Notes under the pieces: generated by a model
Told to the model about the DNA's origin: nothing
What the model saw: the letters and a program-made list of their open reading frames with translations, nothing else
The model's database searches: none
Origin: a virus
Taxonomy: Duplodnaviria; Caudoviricetes
Length of the DNA: 64,000 nucleotides
Strand: one strand, 5' to 3'
IMG/VR virus record: IMGVR_UViG_3300005533_000226
Location: 841 to 64,840 of that record
Shown here: piece after piece, positions 7,356 through 16,069 of the stretch
Layout of the letters: the number at the start of each line of letters is the position of its first letter
Numbering within the stretch: position 1 is the stretch's first letter
Made by a program: the position numbers and the translations under genes

Positions 7356-7801
7356 CAGAACGGAATTTCATCGTCCATCGCGCGTCCGCGATCATCGGAT
7401 TCGGGGCCGGGGTCGCCCCGGTCGCGGTCATCGGGGTAGTCATCGTGCCCGCGTCCGCGATCATCGCTCCGCCGATCATCCCGGCGGCCACCGCGACGAT
7501 CATCCCGATCATCATAACGGTCGCGATCACGGTCACGTCCGCGTCCGCTGCGTCCGCCACGGCTGTCGCGATCATCGCGATCACGGCCACGTCCACCGCG
7601 CCCACGCGACTCTTTTTCGTCGCCGCGCTTGAGCGCAATGTATTCATCGCCGCCCCGGCTTTCGTTCCACCAGCCCGACAGCCAGTATTCAACGCCGTCG
7701 ATGTTGATGCTGCCGCTGAAATCGCGATCCGTGCGACGTTTCTTGTCATCGTTCTTGAAAAGAACGCCTTGGTTGGTGTTGTCATAGTCGTCCCGCGCCA
7801 T
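7355..7801 (-). CDS. Phage single-stranded DNA-binding protein
   Basis: OB-like N-terminus (GVLFKNDDK...FSGSINIDGVEYWLSGW), RD-rich linker, C-terminal DDEIPF tail. Confidence 0.75.
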   Translation of the reverse strand: MARDDYDNTNQGVLFKNDDKKRRTDRDFSGSINIDGVEYWLSGWWNESRGGDEYIALKRGDEKESRGRGGRGRDRDDRDSRGGRSGRGRDRDRDRYDDRDDRRGGRRDDRRSDDRGRGHDDYPDDRDRGDPGPESDDRGRAMDDEIPF

Positions 7802-7825
7802 GGTTGGTCTCCTTTGGCGTTTCAA

Positions 7826-8134
7826 TTAGAAGGTTGGTTCACGAAACAGGCTCATCACCGTTTCGATTTTGTCCTTGGATTCCTTCAGGCCATCGCCGGT
7901 GAGGCTGCGATAGATTTTGATGGCGTCTATTTTTCTGCGCTCAGCCATGCAACCGATGAGATGCGCGACCATCAGGGGAGATGGGGCGTTTTGCTGGCGG
8001 CGCTCAGCTTCGTCGAGCCGCTCATTGAGCGAAGCGATTTCGCGGCTCGTGATGCCGCGCTCGCAGCCCAAGTCTTCCGCCTGCCTTTCGAGGCGGTCGA
8101 GAAGAAGGCGCAGCACATCAAACATGGGCGCCAT
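7826..8134 (-). CDS. Coiled-coil protein with a ribosomal L7/L12 C-terminal-like domain
   Basis: KIDAIKIYRSLTGDGLKESKDKIE. Confidence 0.6.
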   Translation of the reverse strand: MAPMFDVLRLLLDRLERQAEDLGCERGITSREIASLNERLDEAERRQQNAPSPLMVAHLIGCMAERRKIDAIKIYRSLTGDGLKESKDKIETVMSLFREPTF

Positions 8135-8774
8135 CCTTCTTCGTAGCGGTGCCATCCTTCTTCGCGGCGGCGATTTCCTTCAGCTTGTTGTGAAGGTCGA
8201 TTCCAATTTCCGCCTTCTGATCATCCGTCAGTGAATTCCAGAACGCCTTATATGTCGGCATTCCTTTTTCGGCTGCGGCTTGCGCCCGCTCTTTCACCGG
8301 CCGTCCGTAGTTGGCGATGATTTCGGCGAGGCGCGGATATTCGTGATCCTCGATTTCGGCGACATCTTTTTTGCCGCGCTTGATCCAGCGCACATCGACC
8401 ATCATTGCCGGGATGGCATAGAGGTAGCGGCCGACATTCCAGTTGACGGCGGCGCGTTTAAAGGAATCGCTCAGCGATCCTTTTTCCGGTTCGAATTTCG
8501 TTTCACCGGCGCCATCCCATTTCCAAACCCAGCCGTCCGGCCCCTTGATGCCGATGCCAGCGAGCATCACACCGCAAACGTCCTTCTGATCGCGCGCCCA
8601 ATTCATCGGGCTGCACACCTCATCGAAGCGATTCATCACGTCGCGCGCGTCGATGTAGCAGAGCGCGAGGCCCGTCCTGTCGCCAGCGTGAGCGAGGCGC
8701 CAAGAAACGAGTTTTGAATCGAACGGTTCTGCAAGCGCCTTGAGCAATTCCGGAGTTACGAAATCTTTTGGCAT
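8118..8774 (-). CDS. Rad52/Sak-family single-strand annealing protein
   Basis: YIDARDVMNRFDEV...KGSLSDSFKRAAVNWNVGRYLY. Confidence 0.9.
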   Translation of the reverse strand: MPKDFVTPELLKALAEPFDSKLVSWRLAHAGDRTGLALCYIDARDVMNRFDEVCSPMNWARDQKDVCGVMLAGIGIKGPDGWVWKWDGAGETKFEPEKGSLSDSFKRAAVNWNVGRYLYAIPAMMVDVRWIKRGKKDVAEIEDHEYPRLAEIIANYGRPVKERAQAAAEKGMPTYKAFWNSLTDDQKAEIGIDLHNKLKEIAAAKKDGTATKKDGAHV

Positions 8775-9544
8775 TAGTAGCCTCGTTGGGTTTCAGAGCG
8801 GACGCCATTCGGAAGCTTGTTGTGAAGCTTCCGGTAGGCGCGAGCGCCCTTGATGATGGCCTCGTTGATGTCGTCAGTTGCCCCGATGGCCTTAACGGCT
8901 TTCACCGCGTCATCGACAATCAGGGTTTCCTTAGTGCGGACGGCGAGCGCCTTCTGCCCGTGCCCGGCCGACACACGCACGCTCACATCGCGTTGTGCGA
9001 GCGTCGCCTGCCGATCAGCGGATTTGAAATCGTCAACAGCTTCGTGGGCCGCCTCGGTGGCGGTGCCCACATCAGATTCGACGCCAAGCGAGGCATCTTC
9101 TTTTGCGGCGTCGGCAGCGGCGACGGCGGCAAGCGCACGTTCGCGCGCCTCATCCGCTTCCTTCTTCGCCGCGTCGGCAGCCGCTTGGCGCTTCTGTTCT
9201 TCGATGGCGCGGAATGAATTGAGGCGCTTCTTTATCTCGATGCATAAATCATCGAGCAATTCTTTGGGTGACTTAAAGAGTGCGTTGATCTTGCGCACCT
9301 GATCGTTCAGCGGATCGACTTGTTTTTTGCGCTCAGTCTCGCAGGCATCATAGGCGCCATCGGCAAGGCCAATCATCTGCGCGGCCTTACGCGCGCCTTC
9401 TTCGGAAACGACAACCGGCTCATCCTTGAGATATTGTTTGAGCGTCTTGTACGCTTCCCGAGCCTGCGTGATGACAGCAGGCTCATCGGCTGGCGGATTG
9501 TTGCCACCGATTACAGCGCGAGGATTTTCTGCCGCCTGATTCAT
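8774..9544 (-). CDS. Coiled-coil phage protein in the recombination module
   Basis: IGGNNPP start, long Ala/Glu-rich helix, LPNGV near the C-terminus. Confidence 0.7.
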   Translation of the reverse strand: MNQAAENPRAVIGGNNPPADEPAVITQAREAYKTLKQYLKDEPVVVSEEGARKAAQMIGLADGAYDACETERKKQVDPLNDQVRKINALFKSPKELLDDLCIEIKKRLNSFRAIEEQKRQAAADAAKKEADEARERALAAVAAADAAKEDASLGVESDVGTATEAAHEAVDDFKSADRQATLAQRDVSVRVSAGHGQKALAVRTKETLIVDDAVKAVKAIGATDDINEAIIKGARAYRKLHNKLPNGVRSETQRGY

Positions 9545-9550
9545 TTCCGT

Positions 9551-9754
9551 TCAGCTCATCATGCCGCTGAAGAAGCCACCAGCGAGAAGCAAAAGAAAAA
9601 GACCGCCCCACAAGACGAAGACGGCAACAATGCCGGTGATCGTGAGGCTGGTCCGTTGTCCGTGCGCCATGCATTCGCCTTCGCGCAGAAGCCCGACAAC
9701 AATGTGCAGGATGATGAAGGCGAGTACCGCCCACTGAGGCCAATACGCAATCAT
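9551..9754 (-). CDS. Small membrane protein
   Basis: Two transmembrane segments. Confidence 0.6.
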   Translation of the reverse strand: MIAYWPQWAVLAFIILHIVVGLLREGECMAHGQRTSLTITGIVAVFVLWGGLFLLLLAGGFFSGMMS

Positions 9755-9757
9755 TGG

Positions 9758-10081
9758 TTACGCTCCCTCCTTGGCTGGCGCGCGTGAATAGAGTGGCGTT
9801 GTGCGCGCGTGGCTGCTTTTGATTTTCATTTGGCCATAGCCGACCTTGTGAAGAAGGCCGCGCTTGACGGCGGTGAGGATCAGCGATCCCCATGCGTTGT
9901 GATGATTTGGTTTCACGCCGACATCGGTGAGCATCACACGGATGTCTTCGGCGGTGCCGGACCAAGATGCGCTAAGTCCCTCGATGAGCGGAAGCGCAAG
10001 CTTGATGAAATTGCTGTTTACGGCGGCGATGGCCGATGTCGCCTGATTGCGCGCCTCGCGCGCGGCGGTGAGCGTGTTCAT
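9758..10081 (-). CDS. Hypothetical winged-helix-like protein
   Basis: PNHHNAWGSLI...SHAR. Confidence 0.65.
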   Translation of the reverse strand: MNTLTAAREARNQATSAIAAVNSNFIKLALPLIEGLSASWSGTAEDIRVMLTDVGVKPNHHNAWGSLILTAVKRGLLHKVGYGQMKIKSSHARTTPLYSRAPAKEGA

Positions 10082-10338
10082 ATCGCGCCCACCTCGCGCG
10101 CCAGCTCATAGCGCATCTCCGCAAGAAGCTTGAAGACCCCGGCCGGGAACACGCCGTCATAGCGCGCTTCCAATAGCCTGATGCCGAAACGCAGCTCGCG
10201 CACGCGCTCAGGGTCGGCAGGGCGCTTCAGGTCGGCGAACGATTTGAGGGGCGCGGCGCTCACCTGATCACCACACTCAGGATCAGCGCGGCGCTCGCGA
10301 GCATCCCAATCACACCAAAGACGGCGGTGCGATTCCAT
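10078..10338 (-). CDS. Hypothetical protein, first gene of the leftward operon
   Basis: Coupled to the downstream gene. Confidence 0.55.
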   Translation of the reverse strand: MESHRRLWCDWDARERRADPECGDQVSAAPLKSFADLKRPADPERVRELRFGIRLLEARYDGVFPAGVFKLLAEMRYELAREVGAI

Positions 10339-10404
10339 CCGCGCTCGCTAAGGAAAGATTGCATTCCCGGCCTCTTGTCGGTGACGAATCAAGTCGTCAC
10401 GTTT

Positions 10405-10440
10405 GCGACAATAGGAATAGGACTCTTACTCTGTCAATAT
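10405..10440 (-). promoter_or_regulatory. PL-like promoter with a repressor operator
   Basis: Minus-strand TTGACA at 10437-10432 next to ATAGGACTCTTACTCT (10417-10432), which resembles the 11879 palindrome. Confidence 0.55.
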
Positions 10441-10840
10441 GTCCCTACAAAAAATGTTGACACCCCCTTTCGGAATTGTGCTGCGCATCTGTATGCATGA
10501 CGCCCGGCCGCGATTCGCTCGCGGCCTCGTATGTCAGTCAGGCGTGACCGATCCGCTGGCATATCAGAGCTACCGCGCGATGGATGGGTGCTAAGGAATC
10601 GAGCGCGGACAGGTCTCGTCGCGAGGGGTGTGCCTGTTTCCTTCGGCTGCGTCGCCGAAAAAGTATCCCAGCGTCGCCACGCCGCAGCGTGAGCGCGTTT
10701 CCGGCAAGCGTCCGTCCGAACTGCACCTAGCAGAACGTGACCCCCGGAAGACGGTAGCCTGCGCTTGCTCGCGGGCTAGGTCTTCGTCTTTCCGGGCTTC
10801 GCATCCGAACCGACTACACCAGCAAAATTAAGGAGAAGGA

Positions 10841-11041
10841 ATGAGTCAGAGTCAGGCTTTGAGTCCGCCTGCGCATAGGCAGTTGAGCAAAGAGGAAATC
10901 AGGGAGTTGGAAGGGCAGCACGGCGGATGGACCGCTGACGATCTAGCGCGTTACGGCGTTCCGTTCCCGCCTCCGCGCGGATGGAAGAAGCAAATCATTC
11001 GCCATGGAATCCCATGGCGTGATGAACGCGACTCCCGATGA
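10841..11041 (+). CDS. Small hypothetical protein convergent on the repressor
   Basis: AAGGAGAAGGA RBS; GGWT...GVPFPPPRGWK. Confidence 0.7.
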   Translation: MSQSQALSPPAHRQLSKEEIRELEGQHGGWTADDLARYGVPFPPPRGWKKQIIRHGIPWRDERDSR

Positions 11042-11065
11042 AATCAGGAATCGCGTCCAGTTTTT

Positions 11066-11764
11066 TTATGCGTCTCCCGACATAACGATGCGATGCACTG
11101 AGACGACTTGTTCGCGGTCGAAAACGAATGGTCGCTCAGGGTTGAGCTGTTCAAGCCTCAGCTTCTTGTCATCCATCGAGACAAACCGCTTTACATACGC
11201 TGCCGGTGGCTCGCCATCGTCTCCGAGAATTTGAGCGATGACGTAATCTCCTTTGCGCACTGGCAGGTGCGGGTTGATGAAGACTGTTTCGCCGGGCATG
11301 TAGCGCGGCGTCATGGAATCGCCGACTACATAGACCGCGTAAGCGTCAGGGACGCCCGTGAGAGACGGCGGCGCCAGCACGTCCGTCACCTTGTTTCCAT
11401 TGAGAATGAACTGTCCATCTTTGCCCCCTACAGCGTGCCCGTAAACCGGGACTGTTGTGAATTTGCCGACTGAACTGCCGATCTTAGCGTTGGCAATTTG
11501 TCGCAGGGGTGCGGCATCGGAGTCAAGCGATCCGCGCAGCTCCGATTCAGGAATGCTTAAAATCTCCGCGACTTGCGGTCGAATTTTTTCTGGCAACACC
11601 TTCGGAATTCCGCGCTTGATGAACTGCTGAATATAGGAATGACTTTGGCCGATTTTTTTCGACAAATCGGACCATGGGATTTTCAGCTCTGACGTTCGTT
11701 CTGCAACCAAATCGCGCACGCGCTGATCGCGCTCGTCGTCGATTTTTGTTGGCTTCTTGATCAT
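11066..11764 (-). CDS. CI-like repressor (HTH plus S24 autopeptidase)
   Basis: LSKKIGQSHSYIQQFI HTH, VGDSMTP catalytic Ser, YVKR catalytic Lys. Confidence 0.92.
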   Translation of the reverse strand: MIKKPTKIDDERDQRVRDLVAERTSELKIPWSDLSKKIGQSHSYIQQFIKRGIPKVLPEKIRPQVAEILSIPESELRGSLDSDAAPLRQIANAKIGSSVGKFTTVPVYGHAVGGKDGQFILNGNKVTDVLAPPSLTGVPDAYAVYVVGDSMTPRYMPGETVFINPHLPVRKGDYVIAQILGDDGEPPAAYVKRFVSMDDKKLRLEQLNPERPFVFDREQVVSVHRIVMSGDA

Positions 11765-11856
11765 CTCTGTTCCCTGCTGAACCAACGGTTAATGGTTGTG
11801 CGGTTGTCCTTTTTACCCGCTTCGCCCGCCGCCTTCAACAACCTATTTTGCCCGCA

Positions 11857-11894
11857 ATAGGAACCTGCCTCTTGCGAAATAGGATTTATCCTAT
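11857..11894. promoter_or_regulatory. Tandem repressor operators (OR-like)
   Basis: Palindrome ATAGGA-TTTA-TCCTAT (11879-11894) and degenerate copy ATAGGAACCTGCCTCT (11857-11872) between divergent genes. Confidence 0.65.
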
Positions 11895-11966
11895 ACGGTG
11901 ATCGTCTGTTTCCGGGGTGATTCGTGGTGAACGCCACTCCCCCGTTAACCATGCGGGGCGATTGCG

Positions 11967-12308
11967 GTGCGGTTTTTCTCCTTAGCCTACACGGGCGAAC
12001 AGCTCAGGGAAGCCAAACGGCTGATCCTCGACGGCGCCGGATTGATGCAGGTGGTGCGCGAAACGCAGCTACCTGAGAATTATGTGCGCGTCCTTTTGGG
12101 AATCGTTAGCTGCCCGGCCATCGCCCACACATTCGAGATTGCTTCCAAGTTTGACCGGCCGTTCGCGATGAATGGAACGGCGCGCGTTCTCAACGAAAAC
12201 GATCACGTCGCATATCGGCGAGTGGTGGTGGACGATTTTGATGAGCCGCGCGTTTATTTCGTGACCGTGCCGCGCATTCGTTGCATCGAGGAAAGGGCGG
12301 CACAGTGA
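11967..12308 (+). CDS. Hypothetical protein in the Cro position with a possible N-terminal HTH
   Basis: First ORF divergent from the repressor. Confidence 0.55.
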   Translation: MRFFSLAYTGEQLREAKRLILDGAGLMQVVRETQLPENYVRVLLGIVSCPAIAHTFEIASKFDRPFAMNGTARVLNENDHVAYRRVVVDDFDEPRVYFVTVPRIRCIEERAAQ

Positions 12309-13105
12309 GAGATTTCGAGCGCAAGGCTTGCGGCATTCGGTGGCCACAACACATCGCGGATTTTTCCGCTGAGCGTTGGAGGGCCGGTGACAAGGCGCGG
12401 CAAATCATCGCGAAGCTAATTGAGATGCACGGCGATGATCCAGCTTGCGGAAATTTCGTCAAGTCGCTGAAGAAGGAATCGCTTGTCAGCAAGATGGCGC
12501 GCATGGGCGTCGAGACGCCGAATCTTTTTGGCAAGGCGTGGCCCGATGATGAATTCCAGTTTGTGAAGACATCATGGATGAACGGATTGTCGGCCGCCGT
12601 TATCGCGCAGCAGGTTTCGATGCGGTTAGACGAAAATCCTCATTGGCGAAAAGTCAGCCGCAATTCCGTCATTGGGAAAATGAGCCGCCACGGCATTGTC
12701 GCGCCCGGCGCGAAAGCCGTGACCAAGGACGGCCGGAAGGTTCTTCGCAAGGCTCGGCCGAAGGGAATGGCTGATCGGCCGCGCGCGCACCGGCCGCCAA
12801 GTCTGTCGATGGTGAAGCGCGCGGAGATGATAGCGAAGCCGCTTGGGCCGCTCGTATCGTTCGATGCGCTTACTCAGCATCAGTGCAGATATTCGTTCGG
12901 GCATCCGAATGAAGAAGGATTCGGTTTCTGCTGCGAGCCTGCTGAGGCGGGGTCGCCTTGGTGCAAGACGCACAAGGTTGTCTGCACGAGCGGATTCTAT
13001 GGTCCGAAGACGGCAGAGGATCGGCGCGCACGCGCGGCCTGCGCGGCAAAGCCGCGTTTCAGTGCCCTGATGTATCGCGCGCTCGACGCGGGGCAGGTGC
13101 CATGA
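12305..13105 (+). CDS. GcrA-family transcriptional regulator
   Basis: W...GLSAAVIA...SRNSVIGK and C-terminal CRYSFGHP...FGFC...SPWCKTH. Confidence 0.85.
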   Translation: MRDFERKACGIRWPQHIADFSAERWRAGDKARQIIAKLIEMHGDDPACGNFVKSLKKESLVSKMARMGVETPNLFGKAWPDDEFQFVKTSWMNGLSAAVIAQQVSMRLDENPHWRKVSRNSVIGKMSRHGIVAPGAKAVTKDGRKVLRKARPKGMADRPRAHRPPSLSMVKRAEMIAKPLGPLVSFDALTQHQCRYSFGHPNEEGFGFCCEPAEAGSPWCKTHKVVCTSGFYGPKTAEDRRARAACAAKPRFSALMYRALDAGQVP

Positions 13106-13419
13106 GCATCAAGCCAAGCCGTCCGTGCCCCGATCCTGCATCCTGCGATATTTTTCCGCTGTGCAGGTGCCCGGTGGATTATGAGCGCAAGCCGCTGGCG
13201 GCCGATCCGTCGCATTTGCGCGCCGTGCCGCACGCGCAGCATCAGCGCGAGTGCATGGCGATCACCGGCGGCGCGTCCGTTCTTTTCCCCCGCACCGGCT
13301 ATCTCGTGAAGCTTCGTCCGCAGGTCGCGCAGGCGCTTGAGGAATACGCGGCATCGACGCAGGGCCAACCCGAAACCGTGGCGGCCGAAATCATCGCAGC
13401 GTTCTTGGGGGGTCTATGA
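13102..13419 (+). CDS. Hypothetical protein (Cys-rich N-terminus, RHH-like C-terminus)
   Basis: ATGA-coupled on both sides. Confidence 0.55.
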   Translation: MSIKPSRPCPDPASCDIFPLCRCPVDYERKPLAADPSHLRAVPHAQHQRECMAITGGASVLFPRTGYLVKLRPQVAQALEEYAASTQGQPETVAAEIIAAFLGGL

Positions 13420-13985
13420 GATTCCCCCGGCGCCGCAAGTATAGAGTGATTTATGCCGATCCGCCTTGGGCGTTTTCGTCCGGCCCGTCGCGCAATCCTC
13501 GCAATCACTATCCGACGATGAAGGTGGCGGCAATCGCCGCGCTGCCGGTGGCGGCAATCGCCAATGCGAGCGGATCGCGTTTGCTGATGTGGACAACGAT
13601 TCCGTTCTTGGAACATTCGTTCACCGTGATCAGGGCGTGGGGCTTTCGCTACGTGAGCGCCCGCGTGTGGATCAAGACGCAGAAGGGCCACGTTGGCAGA
13701 TATTTCGCCATTGAAGACCTGTTCCGTGGAACCGGATACGAAAATATCGGCAACGCCGAAATTTTGCTGGTGGCGAAGCGCGGCCGTCCCGCGCCTGCAC
13801 GCGGGCGGAAGCCGTTCGGCGTGATCGTCTCGCCGCGCCGCGAGCATTCTCGCAAACCTGATGAGGTCCGCGCTGAGATAGCGCGCTGTTTCGCCGGGCC
13901 GCGCATCGAGCTTTTCGCGCGCTCGCGCTCACCCGGTTGGGATGCGTGGGGCAATGAGACAGGAAAATTTAAGGAGGCAGCATGA
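13416..13985 (+). CDS. MT-A70 family N6-adenine methyltransferase
   Basis: VIYADPPW, HSRKPD, RIELFAR, GWDAWGNE. Confidence 0.92.
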   Translation: MRFPRRRKYRVIYADPPWAFSSGPSRNPRNHYPTMKVAAIAALPVAAIANASGSRLLMWTTIPFLEHSFTVIRAWGFRYVSARVWIKTQKGHVGRYFAIEDLFRGTGYENIGNAEILLVAKRGRPAPARGRKPFGVIVSPRREHSRKPDEVRAEIARCFAGPRIELFARSRSPGWDAWGNETGKFKEAA

Positions 13986-14272
13986 AAAAGCGCACTCGCA
14001 AGCAGAAGAAGCCGACGCAGCCGAAGACACCTTGGCCGGTGATTGGGATGTTTGCGGCTATTGCCGTTGCGGCGGCAACCGCGCCGACGATCAAGCATCA
14101 GCGGAATCCGATCCCCGAAATCGTCATCGGTGGTCCGGCTCAGCCGTCGCCCGCGCCTGAACGCTCGACCGTGAGCGTCACGGCGCCGCGCAAGGCTGCC
14201 GTAAAGCGGCACTCGGCGTCGCGCAAATGCGTCTTCGGCGACCTTCCAGTTTCGCCGGTGAACGGCGCTTGA
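13982..14272 (+). CDS. Hypothetical membrane-anchored protein
   Basis: Coupled ORF with one hydrophobic helix. Confidence 0.5.
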   Translation: MKKRTRKQKKPTQPKTPWPVIGMFAAIAVAAATAPTIKHQRNPIPEIVIGGPAQPSPAPERSTVSVTAPRKAAVKRHSASRKCVFGDLPVSPVNGA

Positions 14273-14444
14273 GGCCGGGCGAAAATTATCGCGCGGCTCG
14301 CCGACGCGCGTTCGGAAAGAATTGGCGGAAAATGGGCTTCATCAATTTGAAGCAGGTCCGCGACAACGGCAAGCGAGTCTCATTTCAGTGCATCCACGCA
14401 TCGGTGGGCATGACTTGGGCTGATGCGAAGGAGAAGAAGGCCGC

Positions 14445-15005
14445 ATGATTCTGCTTGGTCTCGATATTTCCAAGCGCGCGACGGGTTGGGAGCTGATCGA
14501 CCTTTCCAATCCGAAATTCACCGTGCTTACGCACGGCGGCCTTCTGTTGTGTCCATACAAGCCACCGGCTGAGGGCGCCGTCGAGACAGCCCTTGACGGC
14601 GATTACTCATCTCGTGTGTTCGATTGGTTTGATCGCGAGATTTTCCAGCTCGTGCAGGAATTCAAGCCAACGCGCGTGGCCATCGAACAGCCGATGCCGA
14701 CGCAGGGAAACACGAATTTTCTCACCACGCATCTCGTGCATGGATGCATTGGCGTCGCGTGCCGCATCTTCGGCCGCAAGAGCATCAGGCCAAAATTCGT
14801 GGCGTCGCAAACGTGGCGTGCGCATCTTGGTATTGGTCGGCCGCCGAAGGGCGTTAAGAACAAATCGGATTGGTACAAGGCGCGTGCGCATGAATGGTGC
14901 CGCGCGAATAAAATTGAGGTGGAAAGCGACGATCAGGCTGAGGCCGCGTGCATCGTTTCATGGTTCCGCGATTGGATTGCCGTGATGGAACGTGAGGCGG
15001 CATGA
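14445..15005 (+). CDS. RuvC-like Holliday junction resolvase
   Basis: LLGLDIS...VAIEQP...DDQAEA. Confidence 0.85.
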   Translation: MILLGLDISKRATGWELIDLSNPKFTVLTHGGLLLCPYKPPAEGAVETALDGDYSSRVFDWFDREIFQLVQEFKPTRVAIEQPMPTQGNTNFLTTHLVHGCIGVACRIFGRKSIRPKFVASQTWRAHLGIGRPPKGVKNKSDWYKARAHEWCRANKIEVESDDQAEAACIVSWFRDWIAVMEREAA

Positions 15006-16069
15006 ACATCGACACCCCCGCGTGGAATCTGTGGAAGCAGAAGGCGCTCGCCGCCGACATCCTGAACGCCGCGCGCGAACGCGGTGCGCAGCTCAAGCGC
15101 GCTGGCAGCGAATGGACCGGCCCGTGCCCGGCGTGCGGCGGCTCGGATCGCTTCTCGATCAACACGCGCAAGAAGGTTTTTAATTGTCGCGGTGCGAATG
15201 GCGGTGACGTGATCGCGATGGTTCAGCACATCGACGGCTGCACCTTTATGGAGGCGGTTGAGCGCCTTTCGGGTGAAGCACCGCCATCCGGTGAATCGAA
15301 GCCGCTGACGCCGGAAGAAAAAGAAAAGCAGGAACGGATTCGGCGCCGCATCGAGCGCAGGCGCTATCAAGAGCATCAACAGGATGAGCGCAAGGCGCAG
15401 GTGAGGGAGAGGGGCGCGCTTGAAATCCTCGCCGAGTCTTCGCCGCCAGCCGGTACGGCCGCAGAGACGTACCTGAAAAAGCGCGGTCTCGTGAATTTGC
15501 CGGATGAGTTGATCAACATGATCCGCTTTCATCCAATGGTCCGGTATGACCTTGATCACCGCAAGGCGTTCCCCGCGCTCGTGGCGCCGGTGCAGAACGT
15601 TGATGGCGAGACGGTTGCTGCGTGGCGCATTTATCTCACGGCAAGCGGGGCAAAGGCAGCGGTGAAGAAGCCGAAGCTTGGCATCGGACCCGCCGCCGGT
15701 GGTGCTGTTCGCTTCGGTGGCCTTGCTCCCAAGATTGGGATTGCTGAGGGAATCGAAACTGCGCTCGCCGTTTCTTGCATCAACGGTCATCGCTTCCCCG
15801 TGTGGGCTGCGCTTTCGACGGCTGGCATGACGCATATACGCTTGCCCATCGAGGTGCAGAGCGTCGTTATTTTTCCCGATGGCGATTTGCCTGCGAAGAA
15901 GAAAGACGGGGAGTGGGTGCCGACTGATTTTGGCCCCGGCCTCGTTGCCGCTCGCAATCTAAAGCAGCGCCTTCAAAGGATCGGCGTCGATTGCGCGATC
16001 AATGAGCCACCATTCGGTTCAGATTTTCTCGACGTGTGGAATGAGATTCAGAGCGCGGGTGTCGAATGA
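15002..16069 (+). CDS. DNA primase (zinc finger plus TOPRIM)
   Basis: GPCPACGGSDRF...FNCRG; IAEGIETAL; FPDGD; DFLD. Confidence 0.88.
   Translation: MNIDTPAWNLWKQKALAADILNAARERGAQLKRAGSEWTGPCPACGGSDRFSINTRKKVFNCRGANGGDVIAMVQHIDGCTFMEAVERLSGEAPPSGESKPLTPEEKEKQERIRRRIERRRYQEHQQDERKAQVRERGALEILAESSPPAGTAAETYLKKRGLVNLPDELINMIRFHPMVRYDLDHRKAFPALVAPVQNVDGETVAAWRIYLTASGAKAAVKKPKLGIGPAAGGAVRFGGLAPKIGIAEGIETALAVSCINGHRFPVWAALSTAGMTHIRLPIEVQSVVIFPDGDLPAKKKDGEWVPTDFGPGLVAARNLKQRLQRIGVDCAINEPPFGSDFLDVWNEIQSAGVE

Noticed and set aside
7380-7620. Repetitive GATCATCG/CGCG-rich stretch as a possible array
   Set aside because: Explained by the Arg/Asp/Gly low-complexity linker of the SSB; the long ORFs in other frames are shadows.
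8130-8171. 21-bp imperfect tandem duplication
   Set aside because: Only two copies, encoding the AKKDG/TKKDG tail of the Rad52-like protein; no sign of function.
10165-10176. Match to U5 spacer A (CGCTTCCAATA), and a U5 spacer B-like match near 26209
   Set aside because: Each is an isolated 9-11 nt match without the partner half-site next to it, which is expected by chance in 64 kb.
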